Part shown: piece after piece, positions 54,000-64,000 of the stretch
Layout of the letters: every line of letters starts with the position of its first letter
How positions within the stretch are numbered: position 1 is the stretch's first letter
DNA from: an uncultured Gammaproteobacteria bacterium
GTDB lineage: Bacteria; Pseudomonadota; Gammaproteobacteria; Steroidobacterales; Rariloculaceae
Direction of reading: 5' to 3'
NCBI GenBank assembly: GCA_963702105.1
Contig: OY969712.1
Coordinates: forward strand, 1,796,312-1,860,311
Length of the DNA stretch: 64,000 bases
Notes under the pieces: generated by a model
Told to the model about the DNA's origin: nothing
Database searches by the model: none
Seen by the model: only the letters and a program-made list of their open reading frames with translations
Program-made: the position numbers and the translations under genes

Positions 54000-54191
54000 A
54001 TGAAAGCGAATGTCGGCTTCGTCGACCGGGTCATTCGAATTGTGGCAGGCATCGTCCTCGTCAGTCTCGTTTTCGTCGGTCCCGCCACTCCCTGGGGATG
54101 GATCGGGCTCGTCCCGCTCGTGACGGGACTGGTCGGGTGGTGCCCGGCGTACTCCCTCCTGCACCTCGATACGCGCGGTAAGCCCGCATAG
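54000..54191 (+). CDS. DUF2892 (YgaP-like) small membrane protein
   Basis: MKANVGFVDRVIRIVAGIVLV...LVPLVTGLVGWCPAYSLL matches the NvG..DR.iR...CP.Y pattern. Confidence 0.75.
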   Translation: MKANVGFVDRVIRIVAGIVLVSLVFVGPATPWGWIGLVPLVTGLVGWCPAYSLLHLDTRGKPA

Positions 54192-54333
54192 GGTCGGGTT
54201 CCGATCCAGGCAGCGCCTCGCTCTGCATCTCCCAAAGCCGTGCGAGCGGGGACTCGGTGCCGTCGGTGTGGGCCGGCGCGGCGGATGAGAGCGAGCAGAC
54301 GATCGAAAAATCAGATGATAGCAAGACATATAA

Positions 54334-56626
<2,293 letters not shown>

Positions 56627-56650
56627 CTTTCAGCGCCATCGATACTGTGC

Positions 56651-56676
56651 GGCGAGCCGCCGAAAGGCGGCTCGCC
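56651..56676 (+). terminator. Hairpin GGCGAGCCGCC-GAAA-GGCGGCTCGCC downstream of katG
   Basis: Perfect 11-bp stem with a GAAA tetraloop, 25 nt after the katG stop. No T tract. Confidence 0.55.
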
Positions 56677-56920
56677 GCTCTGCGTGCGGTCGTACTTAGT
56701 GCTGTGAGGCATTGGTCGCAAAGACTGACTAGCCGATATGACCGGGATAGACTCGGCGCATTGACATGGAACTCCAATCGAACGAGCCGTTTCAGCCATG
56801 ACTGCCGAACCGTTGCGCGGCCCAGCTGAGCCTTTGGCAGAGCGCCGGGCTGCGGAGTGGGTCTCGAGGGTCTCGCTCGGCCCGCGTTCTCGCCCGCGAG
56901 CGCGTGTGCCCCGGCGCTAA

Positions 56921-57967
56921 ATGAACATTCTAATCTGGCTCGGCGTTCTGGCCTCTTTGGCTCAGGCCAGCATATTCTCCGGGCTGAACCTGGCCGTCTT
57001 CAGCGTGAGCAGGCTGCGGCTCGAGGTCGAGTCGGCCACCGGGAATCGAGATGCGCTCGCCGTGCTCGCGCTGCGCAAGGATTCGAATTTCACGCTTGCG
57101 ACGATTCTATGGGGCAACGTCGCCTGTAATGTCCTGCTTACGCTTCTATCCGAGTCTGCAATCGCAGGGATTGCAGCGTTCTTCTTCTCGACCTTCGCCA
57201 TCACCTGGTTCGCCGAGATCGCGCCGCAGGCCTACTTTTCAAGGCATGCACTGCGCACGGCGGCACGGTTCGCGCCGCTCATACGATTCTATGGTCTGCT
57301 GCTCTTCGTCGTGGCGAAGCCTACCGCGGCGATCCTCGATTGGTGGCTCGGTTCGGAGGCCGTGACGTACTTCAGGGAGCGCGACTTTCGCGCGCTGATC
57401 GCGCAGCACGTCAAGGCGGCCGTGCCGGAAGTCGGTGCGGTCGAGGGCACCGGCGCGCTCAATTTCCTGGAGCTCGACGATGTCCCGATCGGCGAGGAAG
57501 GGGAGAAGGTCGATCCGCTCAGCATTCTGAAGCTGCCGGGCACAGACGGCGTGCCGGAGTGGCCCCGGTTCGAAAGCGCTTCGCACGATCCGTTCCTGCA
57601 GAGCGTGCATGTCTCCGGCAGGAAGTGGGTGATCATCGTCGATTCGGCAGGTCGACCCTACGCAGTCCTCGACGCGCATCGATTTCTTCGGGATGTGTTG
57701 TTCGCGAAGGCGCCTCGGAACCCGACTCAATACTTGCACCGGCCGATCATCACGAACGATGAACGCACTCCACTCGGAGCGCTCATCGGACGGCTGACCG
57801 TCCCGGCCCGGCACGATGCCGACGATGTGATCGAGAACGACGTCATTCTGCTCTGGGGGCGCCAAAGGCGCATCGTGACCGGCGCCGACCTGCTCGGCCG
57901 TTTGATGCGCGGCATCGCCCAGCGGCGGAGCGATTCGGCGTCGCCGACGGTCGAGCATCTGCCTTGA
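56921..57967 (+). CDS. DUF21/CNNM-domain membrane protein (CorC/TlyC-like)
   Basis: N-terminus ILIWLGVLASLAQASIFSGLNLAVFS...TLATILWGNVACNVLL...EIAPQAYFSRHA is typical of DUF21. The C-terminal half is CBS-like and degenerate. Confidence 0.7.
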   Translation: MNILIWLGVLASLAQASIFSGLNLAVFSVSRLRLEVESATGNRDALAVLALRKDSNFTLATILWGNVACNVLLTLLSESAIAGIAAFFFSTFAITWFAEIAPQAYFSRHALRTAARFAPLIRFYGLLLFVVAKPTAAILDWWLGSEAVTYFRERDFRALIAQHVKAAVPEVGAVEGTGALNFLELDDVPIGEEGEKVDPLSILKLPGTDGVPEWPRFESASHDPFLQSVHVSGRKWVIIVDSAGRPYAVLDAHRFLRDVLFAKAPRNPTQYLHRPIITNDERTPLGALIGRLTVPARHDADDVIENDVILLWGRQRRIVTGADLLGRLMRGIAQRRSDSASPTVEHLP

Positions 57968-58060
57968 AGCGCGGCGGGCGGCGCCTCACGGCGCGAGGAG
58001 CCGGTCTGGCCCGGGGGTATTGCCTCGCCAAATGCAAGTGGCCCAGAATCCAGGCTAAAC

Positions 58061-58116
58061 GCGAATGAGTGGCAACTGCATTTAGTATTGCAAATACGAC
58101 TCATTCGCATTACGCT
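58061..58116 (+). promoter_or_regulatory. AT-rich nested palindrome plus candidate promoter upstream of the peroxidase gene
   Basis: GCGAATGAGT (58061-58070) pairs with ACTCATTCGC (58099-58108). The inner element is GTATT-GCA-AATAC. TTGCAA (58088-58093), a 17-nt spacer and TACGCT (58111-58116) are read directly. Confidence 0.35.
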
Positions 58117-58156
58117 GACGGGCGTCGCTTCCCAATGATGCCGAGCCCCGAAGCCC

Positions 58157-59536
58157 ATGACCTGTTCACGACTCTTGGCCGCTGCCGCCGGCGCCGTTGC
58201 CGCAGCTGCGCTATCTGGCTGCAGCGGCGGGTCTACCACGGACTCGCCGGGTTCGGCGTTGAATCCCGAATCGCTCAAACCCGCCGAGCTGTCCGCCAAA
58301 GCGAAACTCGGTAAGGAGCTCTTCTCGGACACGGCTCTCTCGGCGTCGGGCCAACAGGCGTGCGCGACGTGCCACGTGCCCGATCACGCGTACGCGGCCG
58401 ACGACGGCGCCGCGGTCCCCCTCGGGGGTCCCGACATGGATCTGCCCGGCTTTCGCAATGCGCCCTCGCTGATGTATGCGTCGTACAGCCCGCGTTTCCA
58501 CTTCGACGAGGAGGGCACGCCGAGGGGCGGCTTCTTCCGGGACGGTCGCGCGGCGTCGCTCGCCCAGCAGGCGATGCAGCCGTTCGTCACGCCTTTCGAG
58601 ATGGCGAACGCGGGCGCGGACGATGTCCTGGCGCGCTTGCGCCAGCGCCCGTACGTGCAGGCGTTCGAGCAGGTGTTCGGCGCCGATGCGCTGACCGATC
58701 CCGATTCGGCGCTCGGCGATATCGGCCAGGCCATCGCAGCATTCGAGCGGGAGGCTCGGGACTTCAGACCGTTCTCGAGCAAGTTCGATGCGTTCCAGCG
58801 CGGTAAGGCCGCGCTGACTGCACGGGAGCTGGCTGGATTGGCGCTGTTCAACGACCCCACGAAGGGCAACTGCGCCGCGTGCCACGTCAGCACCTCGGCC
58901 GACGGGGTTACGCCGCCGCTTTTCACGGACTTCACCTACGACAACCTCGGGGTGCCGCGCAATGCGGCGCTCGCCGTGAACGACGATGCGACGACGCTGC
59001 CCTACGTCCCGGCGAACGGCAACGACGGCGTGCACCGGTTCTACGACTTGGGTCTGTGCGGTCCGTTCGGGGACACGGGGACGCGCGCCGCAGCACTGTG
59101 CGGTCAATTCAAAGTTCCGACCTTGAGAAACATCGCCCGGACCGCCCCTTACTTTCACAACGGTGAATTCCAGACCCTCGAACAGGCCGTCGGCTTCTAC
59201 GTTCGGCGCGATACCCGACCGAACGAGTGGTACCCCGACGCACCGGGCGGCAACACGGACAAGTTCGACGATCTGCCCTACGACGACGGCGGCGCGTTTC
59301 TCGTGAACGCCGCCGCGCCCGGCACCGACGCGGGTTACGTCGGCAACGTCAACACCTCGGAGGTGCCTTACGACCGGCACATCGGTGAGGGACCCCGCCT
59401 CGACGAGGACGAGCTGCTCGACCTCGTCGCGTTTCTTTGCACGCTGACGGACGGCTACGACCCATCAGCGTCGCAACGGTATCCATGGCCGGCGCAGTGT
59501 CTGGCGGCCGAGCCTTCACCGGACGCAACGCCATGA
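58157..59536 (+). CDS. Dihaem cytochrome c peroxidase (CCP/MauG family), lipoprotein-type signal
   Basis: Signal/lipobox AAALSGCSG. CATCH and CAACH haem motifs. VPTLRNIARTAPYFHNG is typical of bacterial CCP. Confidence 0.85.
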   Translation: MTCSRLLAAAAGAVAAAALSGCSGGSTTDSPGSALNPESLKPAELSAKAKLGKELFSDTALSASGQQACATCHVPDHAYAADDGAAVPLGGPDMDLPGFRNAPSLMYASYSPRFHFDEEGTPRGGFFRDGRAASLAQQAMQPFVTPFEMANAGADDVLARLRQRPYVQAFEQVFGADALTDPDSALGDIGQAIAAFEREARDFRPFSSKFDAFQRGKAALTARELAGLALFNDPTKGNCAACHVSTSADGVTPPLFTDFTYDNLGVPRNAALAVNDDATTLPYVPANGNDGVHRFYDLGLCGPFGDTGTRAAALCGQFKVPTLRNIARTAPYFHNGEFQTLEQAVGFYVRRDTRPNEWYPDAPGGNTDKFDDLPYDDGGAFLVNAAAPGTDAGYVGNVNTSEVPYDRHIGEGPRLDEDELLDLVAFLCTLTDGYDPSASQRYPWPAQCLAAEPSPDATP

Positions 59537-59554
59537 CATCTGGGCCGCCCCGCT

Positions 59555-59600
59555 ACATCACTCGCACCACATCACTCTCACCGTAGAAAACGTAGAAAGA
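59555..59600 (+). repeat. Two sets of short tandem direct repeats in the porin-gene upstream region
   Basis: ACATCACTCGCACC / ACATCACTCTCACC (59555-59582) is followed by GTAGAAAAC / GTAGAAAGA. Read directly, about 15-60 nt upstream of the ATG at 59616. Confidence 0.5.
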
Positions 59601-59615
59601 CGAAGGAAGCCCGAG

Positions 59616-60899
59616 ATGGATACACGAGTGCCCGCGCCGTCCCGATGGCTCCTGGCCGCAGCCCTGCTGGGCGCCGCGGCCGCAGCGTGCGCGGCTCAGA
59701 ACGGCGGCGCGGCCGGCGGCGAGCTGCCCTCGCTGCCGTTGCTGCCGTCGCCGGCGCCTGCAAGCGAACATACGGCGGCCGATAGGGTCGCCCTGTTCGG
59801 CTATGGCGAGCTCAACTACTACGCACCGGTCCATCGCAGGGATCTGACGACGCTCGATCTCGCGCGCGCCGTATTCGGGTTCGGTTACACATTCGACGAG
59901 CGCACCCGCTTCGACTCGGAGTTCGAAACGGAGCACGCGGTCTCCTCGGCGGACGATGCCGGCGAGTTCGAGGTCGAGCAGTTCTATGTGGACCGGCAGC
60001 TCACGGACCAGACGGCGATCAAGATCGGCGTCTTCCTGATTCCCTCCGGCCTTCTGAACCTGAATCACGAGCCGACGCGCTACTACGGCGTGCAGCGCAA
60101 TTTCGTCGAGAAGCTGGTCATCCCGACGACTTGGCGAGAAGGCGGCGTCGCCGTGCACGGGGCTACGCGTTCGGGACTCGGCTACGAAGTGGGCGTGACG
60201 ACGGGTTTGAATCTCGCGGATTGGGACGTGAACCCGGAGGAGCCCTTGTACGGGACGGCGCAGGAGCTCGCCCAGGGCGATGCAGGCCCCTTCCAGGCGG
60301 CGCACCAGGAAGCGTCGCTGGCCAACGCACAGCACCTGGCCGGCTATGCCGCGCTCAACTATCGCGGCAAGCCGGGTCTCGAGGTCGGCGGCAGCCTCTT
60401 CACCGGGCTCGCCGCTGTGCCGGCCGTGCCGGACGACCTGCCCGACCAGCGCACGACGCTCTGGGAAGCGCACCTGCGCTATAACCCCGGGCGGCTGGAC
60501 CTCGCCGCGCTCTATGCGCGCGGCACGATCGGCAACACGGCGGCATTCAACTTGGCGAATGTGGGCGCCTCGAATCCCGAGCCTGCCGAGCTCGACGGCG
60601 CATACGTGCAGGCCGCCTACACGGCCTGGCAGCGCGGCGATGCGCGCATTGCCCCGTTTCTGCGCTGGGAGCGCTACGACCTCGGGGCCGAATACGAAGG
60701 CATCCCGGCGGGGTTCTCGCCCGTGCCGACGGGCAGCGTGCCGGGTTTCGGTCCGTGGCAGCAGCCCCGCGACCGCGTCTTCACGCTCGGCTCGAACTTC
60801 TACCTGAATCCGCGGCTCGTGCTCAAGGCGGACTACCAGCGCTTCGAGACGAACGAGGCATTGACCCGGTTCGATCTCGGGCTCGGAGTGGAGTTTTAG
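59616..60899 (+). CDS. Outer-membrane beta-barrel (porin-like) protein
   Basis: Signal peptide, alternating amphipathic strands and C-terminus DLGLGVEF (terminal Phe). The specific family was not recognised. Confidence 0.55.
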   Translation: MDTRVPAPSRWLLAAALLGAAAAACAAQNGGAAGGELPSLPLLPSPAPASEHTAADRVALFGYGELNYYAPVHRRDLTTLDLARAVFGFGYTFDERTRFDSEFETEHAVSSADDAGEFEVEQFYVDRQLTDQTAIKIGVFLIPSGLLNLNHEPTRYYGVQRNFVEKLVIPTTWREGGVAVHGATRSGLGYEVGVTTGLNLADWDVNPEEPLYGTAQELAQGDAGPFQAAHQEASLANAQHLAGYAALNYRGKPGLEVGGSLFTGLAAVPAVPDDLPDQRTTLWEAHLRYNPGRLDLAALYARGTIGNTAAFNLANVGASNPEPAELDGAYVQAAYTAWQRGDARIAPFLRWERYDLGAEYEGIPAGFSPVPTGSVPGFGPWQQPRDRVFTLGSNFYLNPRLVLKADYQRFETNEALTRFDLGLGVEF

Positions 60900-60900
60900 A

Positions 60901-61449
60901 ATGCGCGCAAGGCTCGTGCTGATCCCCGTCGTCGCGCCGCTCGCGCTCGCGCCGATCGTCGCAGCCTACGGGACGACCTACCTGACCGTCGAGCAGGCCC
61001 AGGCGCTGATGTTCCCGGGCCAGCGCCTGCAACCGGATTTTCTGACCTTGACGGACGCCCAGGTCCGCGTCGTCGAGCGCGACGCCGGCTCGAGCGTGCT
61101 GACGCGCGACGTGCGCGCCTGGCGGGCCGCGGACGGGGGATGGTTCGTGGCCGATCAGGTTTACGGCAAGCACGAGCTCGTCGCCTACGCGGTCGCGCTG
61201 GATGCGCGCGGCGCGATCCGCCGCGTGGAGATACTGAGCTACCAGGAAGCCTACGGGGCAGAGGTGCGCCTGCCGGCCTGGCGGGCCCAGTTCGTCGGGC
61301 GCGCGCACGGCGATCCGATCGCCCTCGGTCGCGACATCAAGAATGTTTCGGGCGCGACGATCTCGTGCCGGCACGTCACGGAGGGTATTCGCCGGCTGAT
61401 GTCGATCTGGGCGCTCGTGCTCTCGGCCGGGGAGGGCGGCGGTGGCTGA
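60901..61449 (+). CDS. FMN-binding domain protein (NqrC/RnfG/NosR-type flavinylation target)
   Basis: Signal/anchor LVLIPVVAPLALAPIVAAYG. The motif DIKNVSGATISCRHV resembles the D..SGAT(I/L)S flavinylation site. Confidence 0.65.
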   Translation: MRARLVLIPVVAPLALAPIVAAYGTTYLTVEQAQALMFPGQRLQPDFLTLTDAQVRVVERDAGSSVLTRDVRAWRAADGGWFVADQVYGKHELVAYAVALDARGAIRRVEILSYQEAYGAEVRLPAWRAQFVGRAHGDPIALGRDIKNVSGATISCRHVTEGIRRLMSIWALVLSAGEGGGG

Positions 61450-62302
61450 AATCGAGCGCGCCCGCCCGCTGCTCGGGACGCGCGTCGCCATCCGCGTCGC
61501 GGGACTCGGCGATGCCGCAGCACATCGCGCCATCGATCGCGCCTTCGACGAGATCGAAGCCGTGCAGTCCGCCATGAGTTTCCACGCCGTCGAAAGCGAG
61601 CTGAGCCGTATCAACCGAGAGGCGTGGCGCGGCGCCGTGCAGGTAGGACCGCGCACGCAGCGGGTGCTCGGGCTCGCGCTGCGCGTCGCGGCGGCCTCCG
61701 AGGGGCGCTTCGACCCGAGCGTGGCGGGGCGGCTCGTCGAGCTTGGCGCGCTGCCGGAGCCGCCCGACGCGCCGCAGCCGGATCCCGCGGCCGATTGGCG
61801 GGACGTGGCCCTCACCGAGGCCGGCAGAGTTCGGTATCGCAAGCCGCTGTGGCTCGATCTCGGCGGCATCGCCAAGGGCTATGCCGTGGACCGTGCCGTC
61901 GCCTGTCTTTACGCGGCGGGGGTGCGAAGCGGTTGCGTGGACGCCGGCGGCGATCTGCGTGTATTCGGCCCGGGCGAGCATGCGGTGCTGCTGCGCGATG
62001 CCGCCTCGGCGGACGGAATGCCCATACTGCGCCTCCGGGCGTGCGCGGTGGCCAGCAGCGCCGCGCCGGGGTCGCTGCCCGGCGCTTGCGGCGCACGCTG
62101 CGGCCTGCCGCTCGACGGGCGGCGCGGCACCCCGATTCTTGGCGGCCTGACTGTCTCCGTCGTCGCGCCGCGTGCCTGGATCGCCGATGCGCTGACCAAG
62201 GTCGTGTTGGCCGACGCGGGCCGCTCGTCGAACGCGCTGCGCGCTTTCGGCGCCTCGGCATTCGTGCTCGACGGCCGCGAGTGGACGGGGCTGCCGGCAT
62301 GA
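61442..62302 (+). CDS. apbE: FAD:protein FMN transferase (ApbE family)
   Basis: LLGTRVAIRV, MSFH...SELSRINR and LDLGGIAKGYAVDRAV. The start overlaps the preceding stop. Confidence 0.85.
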   Translation: MAEIERARPLLGTRVAIRVAGLGDAAAHRAIDRAFDEIEAVQSAMSFHAVESELSRINREAWRGAVQVGPRTQRVLGLALRVAAASEGRFDPSVAGRLVELGALPEPPDAPQPDPAADWRDVALTEAGRVRYRKPLWLDLGGIAKGYAVDRAVACLYAAGVRSGCVDAGGDLRVFGPGEHAVLLRDAASADGMPILRLRACAVASSAAPGSLPGACGARCGLPLDGRRGTPILGGLTVSVVAPRAWIADALTKVVLADAGRSSNALRAFGASAFVLDGREWTGLPA

Positions 62303-62907
62303 GTTGCACGGCAGGTCCAATGGCCCGCAGCCCTTCAATGACGAGGCCCGCCCGGCTCGTGCTCTACTCCACGCTCGGCGGCGTGTGGCTTTCGGGTGCG
62401 CTGTGGCTGGCGCTCCACTTCGCGTTCAGCCAGCGGAGCGAGTTCGGGCTGATCCGCAATCCGCTCGAGCCCGAATGCCTCGCCGTGCACGGGGCTTTCG
62501 CATTCGGCGCCCTCGTCCTCGCGGGATGGCTCTCGGCGGCGCATCTGCCCGCTGCCTGGCGCAGCCGCCGCAGCCGGGTCTCCGGTACCGCGATGGTCGC
62601 CGGGGTCGGGCTGCTTGGCGTGAGCGGCTACCTGCTTTACTACTTGGGCGGGGATGGCAGCCGAAATGTCGCCTCCGTAGCGCACTGGGGCGTCGGCTTG
62701 GCCATTTCGGCTGCCTTCGCCGCACACCTGCGGCGCACGGGACGCGCGCGGCGCGCGAATCGCCGCGCGAGCGGTGCCGCCGCCATGAGGCTCACGCCGG
62801 ATTCGGAGAGCGTGGAGGCCTGCACCGAAAAGCGGGGCCGTAGGCTTTCGGTGCCGACTGCGATAAGATCTTTGCACGGCGACAAAGAACCAAGAATCAG
62901 GGCTTGA
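62299..62907 (+). CDS. Hypothetical polytopic membrane protein, translationally coupled to apbE
   Basis: ATGA overlap with the apbE stop. Four hydrophobic helices (LVLYSTLGGVWLSGALWLALHF, AVHGAFAFGALVLAGWL, AMVAGVGLLGVSGYLLYYL, HWGVGLAISAAFAAHL) with conserved-looking His residues. The C-terminal tail is doubtful. Confidence 0.45.
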   Translation: MSCTAGPMARSPSMTRPARLVLYSTLGGVWLSGALWLALHFAFSQRSEFGLIRNPLEPECLAVHGAFAFGALVLAGWLSAAHLPAAWRSRRSRVSGTAMVAGVGLLGVSGYLLYYLGGDGSRNVASVAHWGVGLAISAAFAAHLRRTGRARRANRRASGAAAMRLTPDSESVEACTEKRGRRLSVPTAIRSLHGDKEPRIRA

Positions 62908-63149
62908 TGCTTTCGAGCGGAGGCTCGGACCTGAGGAAGGCCTGGGCGGCCGACATTCCCTCTGCCCCGACAAGACTGCCGACTCGCCCGATGTCGGCCT
63001 TTCAGGGGCGTGGTCGAGCATGCTGCGGAGATCCTGCTCTGCCGCGACGCCGGCAGCACCACGCCGGCGCGGATGCCCGCGATAGACATCGACCGTTCCT
63101 GGGTCAGGGGGCAATCAACGGGCCAATTCGAACCCTGAGGTAGGCTCCC

Positions 63150-64000
63150 ATGGCTTTGACATCGGATGGTCTGATTGACGTGGGAATGGGCCCCGGCATT
63201 ACCGCCAATTTTCACATCCAATACGAATCGGCCCTGTCGGACAAATTGGCGCGATCGCAGAGCTTGGTCGTGCGGGGCAAGTTGATCGCCAATGCCAACG
63301 CACTACTCGCGGTCGTGGAGAACGAGTTCGACGTGACGACGCGCTGGTTCAATACGCCCGCTGGCAAGTTCGGCGCCGACCATCGGCAAATCGTCAATCT
63401 TAACCTTACCGGCGGCGGCAACAATGCGGGCTACGGCACGGCGATCAACATGGACGCGCAGGTCGGCTCGCTGAGCTCCAGCAACGCCGCGGCCATCTGC
63501 AGCATGATTTTCATCAACGAATGGGTCGAGATACTCATGTCGCTGTCCGACGGGAGGTGGAACGCGGCGGACAGCATGGGGGAAGCGCTGTCGCAGCTTT
63601 GCGGCATCGAACGATTTCCCGCGGGACACTACGCTTATTACGGTTCCTGGGTAAACACGTGGCTTGCATTGCAACCGCGCCCCGATTGGGTCACCGCGAC
63701 CGAGGCGACGGACAACAATCCGGTCAGCTTCGGTTGCGGCCTTGCATATCTGTACTTCCTCAAAGCGCAGCTCGGATTCGATATCGAGCGGATCATCGCG
63801 GCTGGAGCGCCCGATTTCCGGGCCGTATATGCAAACCTGACCGGCAGCCCGGAGGGTGCTTTCGAGCGCTTCCTGGAGCTCATCGAGTTCGCCTTTCCCG
63901 GGACCAAGACGATTACCGGGGCGGTGGGACCGAGCTTGGACAATCCGTTCCCGCTCTATCCGCCCGTGCTTCTTCAGGGCGTGCCAGCCGCGCTCGCCGA
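63150..64000 (+). CDS. Hypothetical protein, runs off the right edge
   Basis: Absent from the ORF track because there is no in-window stop. ATG 63150 follows GAGGTAGG. My translation MALTSDGLIDVGMGPGITANFHIQYES...FINEWVEILMSLSDGRWN...SFGCGLAYLYFLKAQLGFD... stays open to nt 64000. GC is lower than the surroundings. No family recognised. Confidence 0.45.
   Translation, partial: MALTSDGLIDVGMGPGITANFHIQYESALSDKLARSQSLVVRGKLIANANALLAVVENEFDVTTRWFNTPAGKFGADHRQIVNLNLTGGGNNAGYGTAINMDAQVGSLSSSNAAAICSMIFINEWVEILMSLSDGRWNAADSMGEALSQLCGIERFPAGHYAYYGSWVNTWLALQPRPDWVTATEATDNNPVSFGCGLAYLYFLKAQLGFDIERIIAAGAPDFRAVYANLTGSPEGAFERFLELIEFAFPGTKTITGAVGPSLDNPFPLYPPVLLQGVPAALA

Noticed and set aside
62335-63114. 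259-aa minus-strand ORF and neighbouring minus ORFs 63303..63943
   Set aside because: They are antisense to the better-supported membrane-protein gene and to the open plus-strand ORF starting at 63150. The sequence is Arg/Pro-rich.

Overview
High-GC proteobacterial chromosome segment. No rRNA, tRNA, CRISPR array, transposase or integrase was recognised.

Layout:
- nt 1-13.2k: sulfur, methionine and redox housekeeping genes. These are an edge-truncated TsdB-TsdA-like multihaem cytochrome, a TauE/SafE permease, a HemG-like flavodoxin, an HD-GYP protein, OsmC, an AI-2E transporter, metY-metX, a patatin lipoprotein, a MetE-like protein and an FAD monooxygenase.
- nt 13.3k-46.1k: a complete type VI secretion system (T6SS). 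Gene order is tssA-tssB-tssC-hcp-tagJ-tssE-tssF-tssG-clpV-vgrG, then tagH-tssJ-tssK-tssL-tssM-tagF::pppA-ppkA. It includes a threonine-phosphorylation control branch.
- nt 26.7k-34.6k: a visibly lower-GC accessory island of about 8 kb sits between vgrG and tagH and splits the T6SS core. It encodes a VgrG-tip-like mini protein, a PAAR-like (DUF4150) protein with a C-terminal zinc-finger HNH nuclease, and two tandem paralogous candidate immunity proteins. It also encodes a DUF2169 protein, a degenerate ketosynthase-like protein, an HExxH (DUF922-like) protein flanked by two paralogous TIGR02270-type helical-repeat proteins, and a small 2-TM protein.
- nt 46.2k-64k: a secreted Sel1/coiled-coil/caspase protein, an autotransporter-type beta-barrel, a 1151-aa lipoprotein with Cx2-3CH motifs, small membrane proteins and katG. 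These are followed by a CNNM/DUF21 protein, a dihaem peroxidase, a porin-like/FMN-binding/ApbE/membrane-protein cluster, and an edge-truncated hypothetical gene.

Most notable observations:
- The HExxH/TIGR02270 module is a candidate uncharacterised T6SS effector module.
- The PpkA N-terminus carries six tandem T-R-L repeats that resemble the TssL N-terminal DRTVLRP motif.
- Three genes (ketosynthase-like, tssL, katG) are each broken by a single-base frameshift. Each break lies inside GACGTTC/GAACGTC, and deleting one T/A restores both the frame and the palindrome GACGTC.

Many long ORFs in the supplied track are antisense or out-of-frame artefacts of high GC. They were not called.
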